The notes beneath the pieces are model-generated. The model was not told where the DNA came from and made no database searches. It saw only the letters and a list, made by a program, of their open reading frames with translations. Positions 19,995-30,827 of a stretch of DNA of 64,000 nucleotides are shown here, one piece after another. The DNA is from Bdellovibrionota bacterium (GTDB lineage Bacteria > Bdellovibrionota > UBA1018 > CAUJDS01). The position numbers were made by a program, and so were the translations under genes. Numbering within the stretch: position 1 is the stretch's first letter; every line of letters starts with the position of its first letter. Location: the NCBI GenBank assembly GCA_963169695.1, contig CAUJDS010000026.1, positions 2,168 through 66,167 of the forward strand, written 5' to 3'.

Positions 19995-21401
19995 TTGAAA
20001 AAGCGGATTCAACCTAGGCATATCCATTTCGTAGGTATTGGGGGTATCGGAATGAGCGGTATCGCCGAAGTCTTATTCAATCAAGGATACCGAGTGAGTG
20101 GCTCTGATTCTTCGGACAGTGATACGACAAGGCATTTGGCCTCGATCGGAATTGAGGTCTATAGAGAACATAAGACTAGCAATGTAAGTGAATGCAATGT
20201 GGTCGTGGTGTCTTCCGCCATAAAACCTTCCAATCCAGAATGGGCCGAGGCCAAGCGATTGCGAATCCCCGTCATTCCCCGAGCCGAAATGTTGGGAGAA
20301 CTCATGCGGGGTAAGACTGGAATTGCTGTTGCCGGCACTCACGGCAAAACTACCACCACTTCTTTACTGGCAGCCGTTTTTCACGAAGCGCAACTTGATC
20401 CAACAGTTATCGTTGGGGGCAAGGTCAATTCATTGAATTCTAACGCTCGCCTTGGCTTGGGAGAGTATGTATTGGCCGAGGCAGATGAGAGCGATGGATC
20501 GTTTCTCCAGCTTCCTGCCACGTACGAGATTATTACCAATATCGATAGTGACCATTTGGACTACTTTCAGTCTCAAGAAAACATGGATCGAGCCTTTGTG
20601 GATTTTGCTTCCCGTATTCCTTTCTATGGGTTGAGTGTCGTCTGCGGAGATGATTTAGGAATGAAGCGCTGCTTGCCAAAGTTTTCTAAGCCGTTTTTAA
20701 GTTATGGCAAGTCTGAAGACTTGGACTACTTTTTTCGATCACCTACGTATGAGGTAGGCCGCACTCAGTTCGAAGTTTGGAAGCGCAGTAAGCATCAAGT
20801 AGATCCTTTTCAATTGGGCATGGTGGAGATTCATATTCCTGGCGAACATAATGTCCTCAATGCTCTTGCCGTCACGGCACTGGCGGATCAGATCGGAATT
20901 TCTTTTGCCGTCGTCGCGCGCGCGTTAAAGGGATTTAAAGGAGTCAAGCGAAGGTTCGACATTCAATGGCAAGACGTCGACCGCAAGCGCATGATTGTGG
21001 ACGACTACGGTCATCATCCTACGGAAATAGCGGCTACACTTTCTGCAGCCAGAAGTCAGTGGAGTGGAAGAATTATTACCGTCTTTCAACCGCATCGCTA
21101 CTCCAGAACCCAACACTCCAAAGACGGCTTTCTCTCGGCTTTTCGAGAAAGCGATGTTGTTTTTATTACAGATATTTATTCTGCCGGGGAAGCACCCATC
21201 GAAGGGGTTACTGGCGAATCACTGGTAGCGTGTGTTCAGCAAGCCCAAAGAAAAGACCAAAAAATTGAGTATGTCGGTAGCCTTGAACAGGCTCGATCGC
21301 GAGTTCTGGAAGAGTTTCGGGATGGAGATTTACTGCTTTGTACGGGAGCGGGTTCCATTACCCACCTTGCCGGCCAATTGGTGGCAGAGATCCAAAAGTG
21401 A
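19995..21401 (+). CDS. murC: UDP-MurNAc:L-Ala ligase
   Basis: HFVGIGGIGMSGIA and VAGTHGKTTTT motifs. Confidence 0.93.
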   Translation: MKKRIQPRHIHFVGIGGIGMSGIAEVLFNQGYRVSGSDSSDSDTTRHLASIGIEVYREHKTSNVSECNVVVVSSAIKPSNPEWAEAKRLRIPVIPRAEMLGELMRGKTGIAVAGTHGKTTTTSLLAAVFHEAQLDPTVIVGGKVNSLNSNARLGLGEYVLAEADESDGSFLQLPATYEIITNIDSDHLDYFQSQENMDRAFVDFASRIPFYGLSVVCGDDLGMKRCLPKFSKPFLSYGKSEDLDYFFRSPTYEVGRTQFEVWKRSKHQVDPFQLGMVEIHIPGEHNVLNALAVTALADQIGISFAVVARALKGFKGVKRRFDIQWQDVDRKRMIVDDYGHHPTEIAATLSAARSQWSGRIITVFQPHRYSRTQHSKDGFLSAFRESDVVFITDIYSAGEAPIEGVTGESLVACVQQAQRKDQKIEYVGSLEQARSRVLEEFRDGDLLLCTGAGSITHLAGQLVAEIQK

Positions 21402-22351
21402 AGGCGAAATGGGAGTCCTACCAGAAAAGAGGATTTCAGGGTGAAACTCGGTGGAACGAAAAACTTTCGGCTCACACCTACTATCAAATTGGTGGACCCG
21501 TCGACTTATTTTTGATCCCTACAAGTCCAGAGGACCTTCGGATTATTTCAGATTTCCTCGTTGAAACAGACGCTGCATTTTTTCTTCTTGGGTTGGGCTC
21601 CAACCTCTTGGTTCATGACTGTGGATTTCGAGGGGTCGTCATTAAGACCTCGAGATTATCGAATGAGATTTCGAATGATCCAGTTGCTCACCGTTTGAAG
21701 TTAGGCGCCAGTCTGCCAATGAGCAGGATTTTGCGTGAAGCTGGTGCACAGGGCTGGGGGGGGTTCGAAGCTTTTGCAGGGATTCCGGGATCTGTGGGCG
21801 GAGCAATTGCAATGAATGCAGGGACCCACTTGGCTGAAACAAAAGACTTGCTTGAAGCAGTGACGAGTTATTCCTTAAAGCCGCATTTTGAAGAAAATAA
21901 TCGCTTAAAATCCGAATTGGATTTTGCCTACCGAAGAGGACCCTACTTGAGGTGGGATGAGATTATATACTCAGGTCAGTTCCACTATCGTCCAGAAGAC
22001 CCGGTCCTGGTCAAAAAGAAGATTCAAGAGATGTTGGAACGCAGAAAGAGTTCCCAACCGGTAGACCTTCCATCTTGTGGAAGCGTATTTAAGAATCCCC
22101 TATCCTCTGGGCTGAAATCTTGGCAGGTCATTGAGAAGCTTTCCTTGCGGGGATTCCGTATGGGCAATGCAATGTTTTCGGACAAACATGCCAACTTTAT
22201 TGTCAATCTGGGCGGTGCTTCGAGCCAAGATGTACAGGGGCTTATTGAATTAGCTAAAATGCGCGCGGAGAAAGAACTAGGCATTCAACTCGAAGAAGAA
22301 GTACGCCGATTAGGATTTCCTACGGTAGGTCCAGCTGATCAAAAGGAATAA
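21398..22351 (+). CDS. murB: UDP-N-acetylenolpyruvoylglucosamine reductase
   Basis: FAD-binding MurB signature (LLGLGSNLL, PSCGSVFKNP). The track start at 21338 overlaps murC by 64 nt. The in-frame GTG at 21398 forms a GTGA overlap with the murC stop and is the likely start. Confidence 0.88.
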   Translation: MKAKWESYQKRGFQGETRWNEKLSAHTYYQIGGPVDLFLIPTSPEDLRIISDFLVETDAAFFLLGLGSNLLVHDCGFRGVVIKTSRLSNEISNDPVAHRLKLGASLPMSRILREAGAQGWGGFEAFAGIPGSVGGAIAMNAGTHLAETKDLLEAVTSYSLKPHFEENNRLKSELDFAYRRGPYLRWDEIIYSGQFHYRPEDPVLVKKKIQEMLERRKSSQPVDLPSCGSVFKNPLSSGLKSWQVIEKLSLRGFRMGNAMFSDKHANFIVNLGGASSQDVQGLIELAKMRAEKELGIQLEEEVRRLGFPTVGPADQKE

Positions 22352-23669
22352 CTTCAATTTGATCTTCGGCAACTTGAGTGGCCTTAGCTAGGTCTTTTTT
22401 TACAATAGATGCCGTGCCAACTACGAGTATTAACAAGCCATCTCCAGGTATAGCCGCTCGTGCCGCTGCATTGACTTGTTTGAGTTTGAGCTTACTGATT
22501 TGAGAGGCGTAGCTACTCATAAACCCCTTAGATAGGCCCAATGCTTTTTCTAGGATAGCGTTCTCGGCACGCTTTCGTGGCGTATCGATCAGAAATCCTT
22601 CCTTTTGCGTGATTTGCTCTTTGCCAAACAGAAACTCCTCCTCCGTTATTCCAGAAGTCAAAAACTCCTGATGTACTTGAAGCAATTTTGAAAGAGACGG
22701 AAGGAGATCAGTATTTTTTGGAGAGATATGACTTGTCCAAGAGCGTGGCTGCTGTCCCAGCATCATTTGACTATAGGCAGAGTAGGTCCAACCATTTGCC
22801 TTGCGAAGTTGATTAAAGAGTCGAGTGGTAAATCCGCCCCCTCCATAGGCATTGTTTGCCAAATAAAAAGCAAAGTACCTTGGATCCGTCGGAAGAAGGC
22901 CTATCTGTGCCAAAACCACCTGCAATTGAGTTCGATCCGGTTTGTCTACAAGAACGACCTTCCGGCTAAGTAAAGGCTTGGGCGGTTGAACTTTGGCAAA
23001 TGCTTCCCCATTGGGGAGTCTTTTTTCAAGGGACTTGGCAAATTGGGAGATTCTTTTCTCTTTTGCATCCCCGCTGCCAATGACGGTGAGGGTGCCTTTT
23101 TGAAGAATTCTCTTTTTCTGGGCCAATACGTCTTCGAGTGAAATCGTTTTCAAACTCTTGAGTGTTCCATCGATGGGGCTTCCATAGGGGTGGGTGCCAA
23201 AGAGGGCTCTGTTGTAATGTAGCAAAGCAACTTGCCAATCTTGATCGAGCATGGATTGCACTTTGGCTTGCTGTTCTTCTTTTTGCTTCTTGAACTCTTG
23301 TGGAGTGAGAACAGAGTCCACCACCAATTCCTCAAGAAGATTCAAAAAGGGATCCAGATTGGACTGTAATGTTCTACCTCGAATCACTGTCATTTCGGCT
23401 CTCGTATCGATTTCGATTTCAGCTCCGTAGCTTTCAAGCAATGCCTGGATTTCCTGCTTGGTATGTTTCGTGGTCCCTCTGAGTAGGGACTCCGCTGCAA
23501 GTAGCGTCAGTCCTTCCTTGTGAGCGGGGTCTTGGACGGAGCCGAATTTTCCAAGGACATTGATATAGACCAAAGGCAAATTCGTATTACGTTCAAAAGT
23601 TACCTCTACCGCTCTACTTAGAGGAGCAACTGCTAATAAAAGTGTGATCGATATAAAGAAAGCTTTCAT
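22320..23669 (-). CDS. M16 family peptidase-like protein, non-catalytic subunit type (secreted)
   Basis: Signal peptide and M16 fold, but the zinc-site position reads LLAAES (no HxxEH). 4-nt overlap with the upstream catalytic paralog. Confidence 0.75.
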   Translation of the reverse strand: MKAFFISITLLLAVAPLSRAVEVTFERNTNLPLVYINVLGKFGSVQDPAHKEGLTLLAAESLLRGTTKHTKQEIQALLESYGAEIEIDTRAEMTVIRGRTLQSNLDPFLNLLEELVVDSVLTPQEFKKQKEEQQAKVQSMLDQDWQVALLHYNRALFGTHPYGSPIDGTLKSLKTISLEDVLAQKKRILQKGTLTVIGSGDAKEKRISQFAKSLEKRLPNGEAFAKVQPPKPLLSRKVVLVDKPDRTQLQVVLAQIGLLPTDPRYFAFYLANNAYGGGGFTTRLFNQLRKANGWTYSAYSQMMLGQQPRSWTSHISPKNTDLLPSLSKLLQVHQEFLTSGITEEEFLFGKEQITQKEGFLIDTPRKRAENAILEKALGLSKGFMSSYASQISKLKLKQVNAAARAAIPGDGLLILVVGTASIVKKDLAKATQVAEDQIEVIPFDQLDLP

Positions 23670-25018
23670 TTCACTTCACCCACTAGAGTTGATCGCTGCT
23701 CATCCTTGAAATAGGTCGTCAGGACCGATTTCATTTTTTCTGGCGTAAGTCTATCCAGCTGTTCTTGATAAGTCTGAAATCCCCTCTTTATATCACCAAA
23801 TTTCACTTCAGAAGATCCAATCTGGTAAGCCACGCCACTGAGTTTTTCCAAAGACGAGTAGAAGCGAAGACGAATGAGATTTTTGGCACTCTCCAGTTCC
23901 GCATCTGACAGGCTGACCTCCCGGAGTTCCTTGAGGGTACTTAGGATCAAAGGTTCTACATCATCTGGGCTCTTACCTTCTTGGAGTTTAGCGGTGATTA
24001 GGAAATAACTTGGATCTGAATTCTGAAAACTTCCCGCACCTACGTCCGAGGCTAATCCGGTGTCGACGAGTTTTTTTCGAAGTCTGGAATTCTGAGAGCT
24101 TGCCAGAATCGTCTCTAGGACTTCAAAAGCCACCGTGTCCTCGGATTGAACCGGGGGAATGTGATAGCCAATAAAGATTTTTGGCGTAGAGATTTGCACC
24201 TTCATGACGCGTCTTCTTGGTTTGTCTTGAGGCGGTTCGGGCGGGCTCGTGCGAAGCTTATGAGTCCCTCTTGGAATGGACCCATACGCATGGTCGACCA
24301 ACTCCGAGACCTTTTTGGCGTTGACGTCACCCACTACGACGACAATCGCATTCTCTGGTGTATAGTTCTCTTGGTAAAATTTCTTGGCGTGTTCTGGCTT
24401 CATGGCATCTAGGTCTTCAGGAAAGCCAATGATTGGCCAACCGTAGGGATGAACTTGATAGGCAAGGGCAAATAGTGCCTCTAAAAGTGTGCCATCCGGA
24501 TTGTTGTCTTGGCGCATGAGGCGTTCATTTTTGACGACCGCTAGTTCCGAATAGAATGCTTTGTCATCTATGACAAGGTTCTGCATGCGATCGGATTCAA
24601 GTTTGATGATGAGCGGCAGAGCCTTTTTGGGTAGGGATTGAATGTAGGCGGTCATGTCCTTTCCTGTAAAGGCATTCAGCCCATCACTGCCTGCTTTCTC
24701 TAGCCGTTTCATAAACTCACCATCCTGGGTATTTTTGGTGCGCTTAAAAAGTAGGTGTTCAAAAAAGTGAGCCAGACCTGTATGACCTTTTTCTTCGTTC
24801 TTGGATCCCACTCGAAACCAGGTTTGGTATGCAAAGGTTGGAGAGCTAGAGTCTTCTACGACCACGAGCCGTAAGCCATTCGTATAGTCAAATTGTTGGG
24901 CACGAGTCGTTCCGTAGAGCACCAAATTCCTTTGAGTTCGTTGAACCTTCCCGAAGCTAGAAGGACTCCACGCAAGGGACACCAATGTCAGGGCCAGGCC
25001 GATTGTACGTACTGTCAT
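23666..25018 (-). CDS. M16 (pitrilysin) family zinc peptidase, catalytic subunit type (secreted)
   Basis: Signal peptide and inverted zinc motif HFFEH in GLAHFFEHLLFKRT. Confidence 0.8.
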   Translation of the reverse strand: MTVRTIGLALTLVSLAWSPSSFGKVQRTQRNLVLYGTTRAQQFDYTNGLRLVVVEDSSSPTFAYQTWFRVGSKNEEKGHTGLAHFFEHLLFKRTKNTQDGEFMKRLEKAGSDGLNAFTGKDMTAYIQSLPKKALPLIIKLESDRMQNLVIDDKAFYSELAVVKNERLMRQDNNPDGTLLEALFALAYQVHPYGWPIIGFPEDLDAMKPEHAKKFYQENYTPENAIVVVVGDVNAKKVSELVDHAYGSIPRGTHKLRTSPPEPPQDKPRRRVMKVQISTPKIFIGYHIPPVQSEDTVAFEVLETILASSQNSRLRKKLVDTGLASDVGAGSFQNSDPSYFLITAKLQEGKSPDDVEPLILSTLKELREVSLSDAELESAKNLIRLRFYSSLEKLSGVAYQIGSSEVKFGDIKRGFQTYQEQLDRLTPEKMKSVLTTYFKDEQRSTLVGEVK

Positions 25019-25089
25019 GGTGGAAGGCTATCAGGCAGAAGTTCAGAATTCCAGTTCGCCTTCATGATAGGATTTCCTGAGAAAGTGGT

Positions 25090-25854
25090 ATGGGCTTGAG
25101 AGGAAGTATGAAAAATTGGCGCACCATCCTATCGCTCCTGGTCCTGCTTTTGTGTTTTGGTGGTGCCGTGTATGCAGTGCGTTCATCGCTTTTTATTGTG
25201 ACTCAGATCGAAGTAGATACGCCCAATGAGAAGCGCGTTAGCAGCCGGTCCATTCAAGTTCTTGCCGGGATACCCTTGGGGCAGGTGCGGCTTTGGGACC
25301 TAGATCTTGATGCTGTCCGCACGAATCTTTTGCGCAATGCCTGGATAGAATCCGTATCGCTACAGAAAATTTATCCCAGCACGCTACGCATAGGTGTTGA
25401 ATTGAAAAGACCAAAGGCATTGGTGGAAGTGGAAAAAGGGAAATTGAGTTATGTCACTCAAGACGGAATTCCTTCGATGAAGGCCGATTTTGATGAAGGG
25501 GCGGATCTACCTCTTTTGTTGGGAAGCTTTTGGACCAAGCATTCACGCATTAGCGATGGGCTTAGGATTTTAGAAGCCTGGGACGAATTGGGAGTTCAAG
25601 ATTTTTCAGAACTCTCTGCACTGAGTTTTGAAGATGGACGAGGTATCGTGGCGCTTGCTACTTATTACTTGGGAAAAGGCGAACCCGTTCGTACCTATGT
25701 TGAATTGGGTCAAGACTTTGACGGCATTGATGAAAATGCACTTCGTCATATAAAACGAGTCTTTCAATACCTGGTAGACCATTCTCAGACGGCAAAGCGT
25801 ATCTCTTTGTCGGATCAGCAGAAAATAGTTGTCACACCTGGTTCTGGCTCCTAA
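25090..25854 (+). CDS. ftsQ: Cell division protein FtsQ (POTRA domain)
   Basis: N-terminal TM, POTRA-like segment (IEVDTP...SVSLQKIYPSTLRIGVELKRPKALV), located immediately before ftsA. The start may be the ATG at 25108. Confidence 0.75.
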   Translation: MGLRGSMKNWRTILSLLVLLLCFGGAVYAVRSSLFIVTQIEVDTPNEKRVSSRSIQVLAGIPLGQVRLWDLDLDAVRTNLLRNAWIESVSLQKIYPSTLRIGVELKRPKALVEVEKGKLSYVTQDGIPSMKADFDEGADLPLLLGSFWTKHSRISDGLRILEAWDELGVQDFSELSALSFEDGRGIVALATYYLGKGEPVRTYVELGQDFDGIDENALRHIKRVFQYLVDHSQTAKRISLSDQQKIVVTPGSGS

Positions 25855-25899
25855 TATTAATACTAGGTCGAATTTGCCCACCACGGAAGGGGTTCAAGT

Positions 25900-27135
25900 A
25901 TGTCCAAAAAGGACGTCGTCGTCGGTCTTGATATAGGAACGACCAAAATTTGCTGCATTGTCGGCGAAATCGTTGATCACGAGCATCCTACTAACATTGA
26001 TATTGTCGGAATTGGAACTGCGCCATCCTCGGGACTTCGCAAAGGAGTCGTCGTTAATATTGATAGCACCGTAGAAAGTATTACCAAGGCTGTTCAAGAA
26101 GCAGAGTTGATGGCCGGTGTTGAGATTTCTAATGTCTATGTTGGAATTGCAGGCGGACATATCAAGTCCTTCAATTCGACGGGTATGGTTGCCGTCAAAG
26201 ACAAAGAAATTCGAGAGCAAGACCTTCAGCGTGTCATCGATGCAGCAAAGGCCATTGCCATACCGATGGATCGAGAAGTGATTCATATTATCCCGCAGGA
26301 ATACATCGTAGATGACCAGGATGGAATTCGGGATCCCATTGGAATGAGTGGAGTCCGTCTCGAAACGAAGGTTCATATTGTTACTGGTGCCGTATCTTCA
26401 GCGCAGAACCTTATCAAATGTGCCAACGGCGCTGGTCTCAATGTCGCCGAAATTTGCTTGGAGCCTATTGCGTCTGCTGAAGCTGTTTTGACCGAGGACG
26501 AAAAGGAAATTGGTATCGTGCTTGTGGATATCGGTGGCGGAACCACGGACATCGCAATCTACCGCGAGGGAGCCGTAGTTTACACCGGCGTTTTAGCCAT
26601 TGGTGGCAATCATGTGACCAATGATGTTTCAATGGGATTGCGCACTCCGTTCAATGAAGCCGAAGAAGTCAAAGTAAAGTACGGATGTGCACTAGCTTCC
26701 TTGGTAACCCAAGATGATTTGATTGAAGTTCCTGGAGTAGGTGGCCGCAAACCTCGTACGCTTTCTCGAAGACTTTTGGCAGAAATCATTGAGCCCAGGA
26801 TGGAAGAGATTTTCATGCTCGTTCAAAGAGAGGTCATGAAATCGGGGTTTCAGGAGCTTCTTTCTGGTGGTGTCGTGCTGACCGGCGGATGTTCACTTCT
26901 CGAAGGGACGCCAGAGATGGCTGAGTTTATTTTTGAAATGCCCGTCAAGCGCGGCTTGCCTCTCGGTGTTGGAGGATTGCGCGACGTGGTTCATTCACCA
27001 AAATTTGCAACGGGGGTTGGCTTACTTAAATTTGGAGCAAGGGACAATACTCGTGCAAAGTACCCGATTCGAGAAAAAAATATCTATGACAAGATTCGAG
27101 GATCGATGAGGTCATGGATTAAGGAACTATTCTAA
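25900..27135 (+). CDS. ftsA: Cell division protein FtsA
   Basis: [35 protein letters not shown] actin-like motifs. Confidence 0.93.
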   Translation: MSKKDVVVGLDIGTTKICCIVGEIVDHEHPTNIDIVGIGTAPSSGLRKGVVVNIDSTVESITKAVQEAELMAGVEISNVYVGIAGGHIKSFNSTGMVAVKDKEIREQDLQRVIDAAKAIAIPMDREVIHIIPQEYIVDDQDGIRDPIGMSGVRLETKVHIVTGAVSSAQNLIKCANGAGLNVAEICLEPIASAEAVLTEDEKEIGIVLVDIGGGTTDIAIYREGAVVYTGVLAIGGNHVTNDVSMGLRTPFNEAEEVKVKYGCALASLVTQDDLIEVPGVGGRKPRTLSRRLLAEIIEPRMEEIFMLVQREVMKSGFQELLSGGVVLTGGCSLLEGTPEMAEFIFEMPVKRGLPLGVGGLRDVVHSPKFATGVGLLKFGARDNTRAKYPIREKNIYDKIRGSMRSWIKELF

Positions 27136-27152
27136 GGAGGCTATGGAGAGCT

Positions 27153-28364
27153 ATGTTCGAACTTGATCAAAAAAAGTCTAATGGTGCAGTGATTAAAGTA
27201 ATTGGAGTGGGCGGCGGAGGATGCAATGCCGTAAACACTATGATTCGTATGGGGTTGGATGGAGTAGAGTTCATCACAGCCAATACCGATAAGCAGGCGC
27301 TCGAGGCGTCACTTGCGCATGTCAAATTGCCAATCGGTCACGAACTGACTAAAGGATTGGGCGCAGGTGCCAATCCGGATGTCGGCAAGAAAGCAGCGTT
27401 AGAGGACTATGCTAGGATTTCTGAGCTCCTCTCGGGTGCAGACATGGTATTCATCACCGCTGGAATGGGTGGTGGTACGGGTACGGGTGCAGCCCCTGTA
27501 TTTGCCAAGATAGCCAAGGAAGTTGGTGCCTTGAGCGTCGGAGTCGTGACAAAGCCATTCAACTTCGAAGGCAAGAAGCGGCTCAAGCATGCCAAGTCTG
27601 GTATCAGCGATCTTCGCGAAAATGTAGACTCTTTGATTACTATTCCCAATGAGCGGCTTCTGACCATCGCAGGCAATACGCTGTCTTTGGTAGACGCATT
27701 TAAGAAGGCGGATGAAGTCCTTCTTAATGCCGTGCAGGGTATATCTGATCTGATCAATCACACGGGTCTGATCAACAGTGACTTTGCGGACGTCAAAACC
27801 ATAATGCAAAGCAAGGGCTTAGCGTTGATGGGAATTGGATACGGCGAAGGTGACCACCGCGCAATTGAAGCAGCGACAAGCGCCATTTCTAGTCCTCTCC
27901 TTGAAGATATTTCGATTGATGGCGCTACGGGCATCATTATCAATATCACCGGTGGCTCATCGATGAAGATCCATGAAGTCAACGAGGCGACCACTTTGAT
28001 CATGGAAGCAGCACATGAAGATGCCGAAATCATTTTCGGAACGGTCATTGATGAATCTATGAAGGATCGCGTCAAGGTTACCGTCATTGCGACGGGACTT
28101 CAGAGCCAGTACGAGGATTTTGCTGAACCTCGGGCAAAGATCATCATCCCACCGCCTGCACCTACCAGTGAGTTAAGAGCTGCTGCAGTAGAGGCAGTCC
28201 GTGAAGAAAACCTGGTGCAACCTGTGGTAGAACGAGTTGAAGCTGCCGAAAATGACGTCGCACGCGCGCGATCGATAGCACAGCGGCTGGGAATTACGAA
28301 TCTAACCGATGATGACTACGACATCCCAACCTACCTCCGACGCCAGCAAGAGCGAGAAGTCTAA
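27153..28364 (+). CDS. ftsZ: Cell division GTPase FtsZ
   Basis: Tubulin signature [11 protein letters not shown] and NTDKQAL; conserved C-terminal peptide DIPTYLRRQ. Confidence 0.97.
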   Translation: MFELDQKKSNGAVIKVIGVGGGGCNAVNTMIRMGLDGVEFITANTDKQALEASLAHVKLPIGHELTKGLGAGANPDVGKKAALEDYARISELLSGADMVFITAGMGGGTGTGAAPVFAKIAKEVGALSVGVVTKPFNFEGKKRLKHAKSGISDLRENVDSLITIPNERLLTIAGNTLSLVDAFKKADEVLLNAVQGISDLINHTGLINSDFADVKTIMQSKGLALMGIGYGEGDHRAIEAATSAISSPLLEDISIDGATGIIINITGGSSMKIHEVNEATTLIMEAAHEDAEIIFGTVIDESMKDRVKVTVIATGLQSQYEDFAEPRAKIIIPPPAPTSELRAAAVEAVREENLVQPVVERVEAAENDVARARSIAQRLGITNLTDDDYDIPTYLRRQQEREV

Positions 28365-29244
28365 GATCCTATTTTGGAACCGGAGCCTGAGTCGCTACGA
28401 GACGGAAAAAGTCTTTGGCGACTCAGGTGTCCGCTTCCTCTATCAAAGCACATTCGGTCGATTGCTTAGCGACCATCTTTTTTCAAAAAAATTCTTCAGT
28501 CGCTTGATGGGCTGTTATTACGATTCAAGCCTTAGTCGACGCCACATCCTTCCTTTCATCCAATCCTACAACGTACCACTCGACGAATTTGAAGACGGCC
28601 CGTTTGATACCTTCAATGAGTTCTTTGTCCGGCGATTCAAGCCCGGTCGCAGAAAGTTTCCTACAGAACCTTCGAGCATGGGGGCTTTGGCAGAAGGAAG
28701 GTATTTCGGCTTTGAAAAAGTTGATGCGCATACCGCCATCCCAGTGAAAGGTGTTTATCTTCAACCCAAAGAGCTATTGGCAGACGATGGGTGGGGAGAG
28801 GTTTTCAGGGGCGGACCTTGCCTTATCGCGCGACTTTGTCCGGTGGACTACCATCGGTTTCATTTTCCGGATTTCGGACAGGTGGAACGATCCTATTCCA
28901 TCCCGGGCCAGCTTCATTCAGTTAATCCGTTAGCTCTATCCGTTCGGCCCAAAGTAATGATTCAAAATCTCCGACAAGTGACATTGGTTTCTACGGAATC
29001 CTTTGGAAAACTAGCAATCATTGAAGTCGGCGCACTTGGAGTTGGAAGCATTCTTCAAACCTATGGCAATCGTCGTGAGGTGCAACGAGGCGATGAAAAG
29101 GGGTACTTCAAATTTGGAGGATCAACTGTAATTCTGCTTGGTCAGGCGGGACGCTGGATTCCGGATTCTGATATTTTGGAACAAACACAAAAAGGCTATG
29201 AAACCTATCTTCAACTAGGCCAAAAGGTGGCAAACGCAACCTAA
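28309..29244 (+). CDS. psd: Phosphatidylserine decarboxylase proenzyme
   Basis: [13 protein letters not shown] and the self-cleavage site FKFGGSTV. The ATG start overlaps the ftsZ 3' end by ~56 nt, and I saw no in-frame alternative start after the ftsZ stop. Confidence 0.85.
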   Translation: MMTTTSQPTSDASKSEKSKILFWNRSLSRYETEKVFGDSGVRFLYQSTFGRLLSDHLFSKKFFSRLMGCYYDSSLSRRHILPFIQSYNVPLDEFEDGPFDTFNEFFVRRFKPGRRKFPTEPSSMGALAEGRYFGFEKVDAHTAIPVKGVYLQPKELLADDGWGEVFRGGPCLIARLCPVDYHRFHFPDFGQVERSYSIPGQLHSVNPLALSVRPKVMIQNLRQVTLVSTESFGKLAIIEVGALGVGSILQTYGNRREVQRGDEKGYFKFGGSTVILLGQAGRWIPDSDILEQTQKGYETYLQLGQKVANAT

Positions 29245-29256
29245 TGACTCACTAGT

Positions 29257-30024
29257 CTAAAGCAATCCGCCAATGCCTATACTGAGGCCCCCATCCACTC
29301 CAAGAACTTGTCCACTGATGTACGAGGCTTCTTGACTGGCTAAAAAAGCCACAGCGTTGCCAATATCTTCCGGCTGACCCATCCGTTGGCACGGAATCTT
29401 TTGCGTAAATTTTTGGATGACTGCCGAAGGTACACCTTGAGTCATTGGGGTATCAATAAATCCTGGAGCGACAGCGTTTACCGTAATTCCATATTTGGAC
29501 AACTCGAGAGCCCAGGTCTTGGTCATACCTACCAACCCCGCTTTGGTTGCACTGTAGTTGGTCTGTCCCACATTGCCGTTCCAAGCGATGGAGGCAATAT
29601 TGATGATTCGACCCCAATTCTTGGCCTTCATACCTGGTGCGCATGCCTGAGTGAGAATGAAGGGGGCTTTGAGATTGAGTTGAATCACGGCGTCCCAATT
29701 CTTTTCTTCAAGCTTCATCAGCATAGCATCACGAACTATTCCGGCATTGTTGACGAGCACGTCTAAAGATCCCCATTTTTTTTGAACGGCATCGACAAGA
29801 TGCTTGGCTTGATCGGTTTGAGACACATCTTGTGGGAAGAATGCTGCCTGTGCGCCATTGCTCTGAAGATGATCTACAAGTTTCTGACCTGTGGAGACGT
29901 CAATATCATTGACCGCAACATGGTAGCCGCGTTGGGAAAGGGATGTCGCAATCGCTGCGCCAAGTCCACGAGCCGATCCTGTAATGAGAGCGATCCTTTG
30001 CGGTGGCTTTGAGGGTTCATTCAC
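29257..30024 (-). CDS. Short-chain dehydrogenase, 3-oxoacyl-ACP reductase (FabG)-like
   Basis: TGSARGLG cofactor motif, NNAG, catalytic YSATKAG. The track start at 30162 adds a non-SDR 46-aa extension. The GTG at 30024 is preceded by GGAGG at 9-nt spacing. Confidence 0.8.
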   Translation of the reverse strand: MNEPSKPPQRIALITGSARGLGAAIATSLSQRGYHVAVNDIDVSTGQKLVDHLQSNGAQAAFFPQDVSQTDQAKHLVDAVQKKWGSLDVLVNNAGIVRDAMLMKLEEKNWDAVIQLNLKAPFILTQACAPGMKAKNWGRIINIASIAWNGNVGQTNYSATKAGLVGMTKTWALELSKYGITVNAVAPGFIDTPMTQGVPSAVIQKFTQKIPCQRMGQPEDIGNAVAFLASQEASYISGQVLGVDGGLSIGIGGLL

Positions 30025-30178
30025 AGTGGCTGTCCTCCGAGTCAGGTGTGGGTTGGGGTGTTGTTTACTGACTCGGAAGACTAGCACGCTGTGAATGGAA
30101 AGCAACCGATGCTCCCATCCCTGGGAGCGACAGCAATGCCGTCCGATTGCGGGCCGGTGCATCCGTGCGATTTTTTGA

Positions 30179-30559
30179 TTATGCTAATTGAGCAAAAGTA
30201 CTTTCCTTGCGCTCTTGCTCTTCCTTGCATTGAATACAAAGTGTCGTTACCGGTCTAGCTTGCAAGCGACGAACATCAATGGTGTCGCCACAGTCTGAGC
30301 AAAGCCCAAACTCTCCTTTGTTCATTCTGTCGAGTGCTTCGTGAATCTTCTTGAGGAGATTGCGTTCACGATCTCGAAGTCTTAGCTGGACTCGTTGCTC
30401 GGTCTCAGCAGCACAAAGATCCCCTTCGTCAAATAGCGCTTCCTTCGACAAGACAAGATTGGACCCTTCGTTCCACCCTAAGCGATCTTGATTCCCCAAA
30501 AGAACTTGTCGCTGTTCGATAAAGAGCTTTCTAAATTTTGCGAGATCTTGTGGCTGCAT
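30179..30559 (-). CDS. DksA/TraR family C4 zinc-finger protein (paralog 1)
   Basis: CSDCGDTIDVRRLQARPVTTLCIQC zinc finger; coiled-coil tip reads DEGDLC. The ATG at 30559 is preceded by GGAAGG. Confidence 0.75.
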   Translation of the reverse strand: MQPQDLAKFRKLFIEQRQVLLGNQDRLGWNEGSNLVLSKEALFDEGDLCAAETEQRVQLRLRDRERNLLKKIHEALDRMNKGEFGLCSDCGDTIDVRRLQARPVTTLCIQCKEEQERKESTFAQLA

Positions 30560-30827
30560 GATTCCTTCCTCTTCTCTTTGCCGGCAAATTTGCCAACAAA
30601 TTCGAAAGACAGTATTGCGAGCCATGTGCCACTTCAGTTTGATATGCCAATTGGAGACGAAAAAAACCGACTGTCATTTCAATAGGTTACGGTCGCCCTC
30701 ACGCTTTTATATTTCTGACAATATCGATCAGGGTAATTTTGTCCAGAGCCAGAAAGCACCGTGCGGCTTGTTAATACGAGCGTGCTCTATCATCCCGTGT
30801 TTTTTTTAAAAAAACCTAAGTAGGGAC

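Noticed and set aside
25894-26376. 160-aa minus-strand ORF
   Set aside because: It is antisense to the 5' half of ftsA, which has unambiguous actin-fold motifs. It is a typical shadow ORF.
27399-28087. Three minus-strand ORFs (136, 116 and 109 aa)
   Set aside because: All are antisense to ftsZ. Such long shadow frames are expected from ftsZ codon composition.
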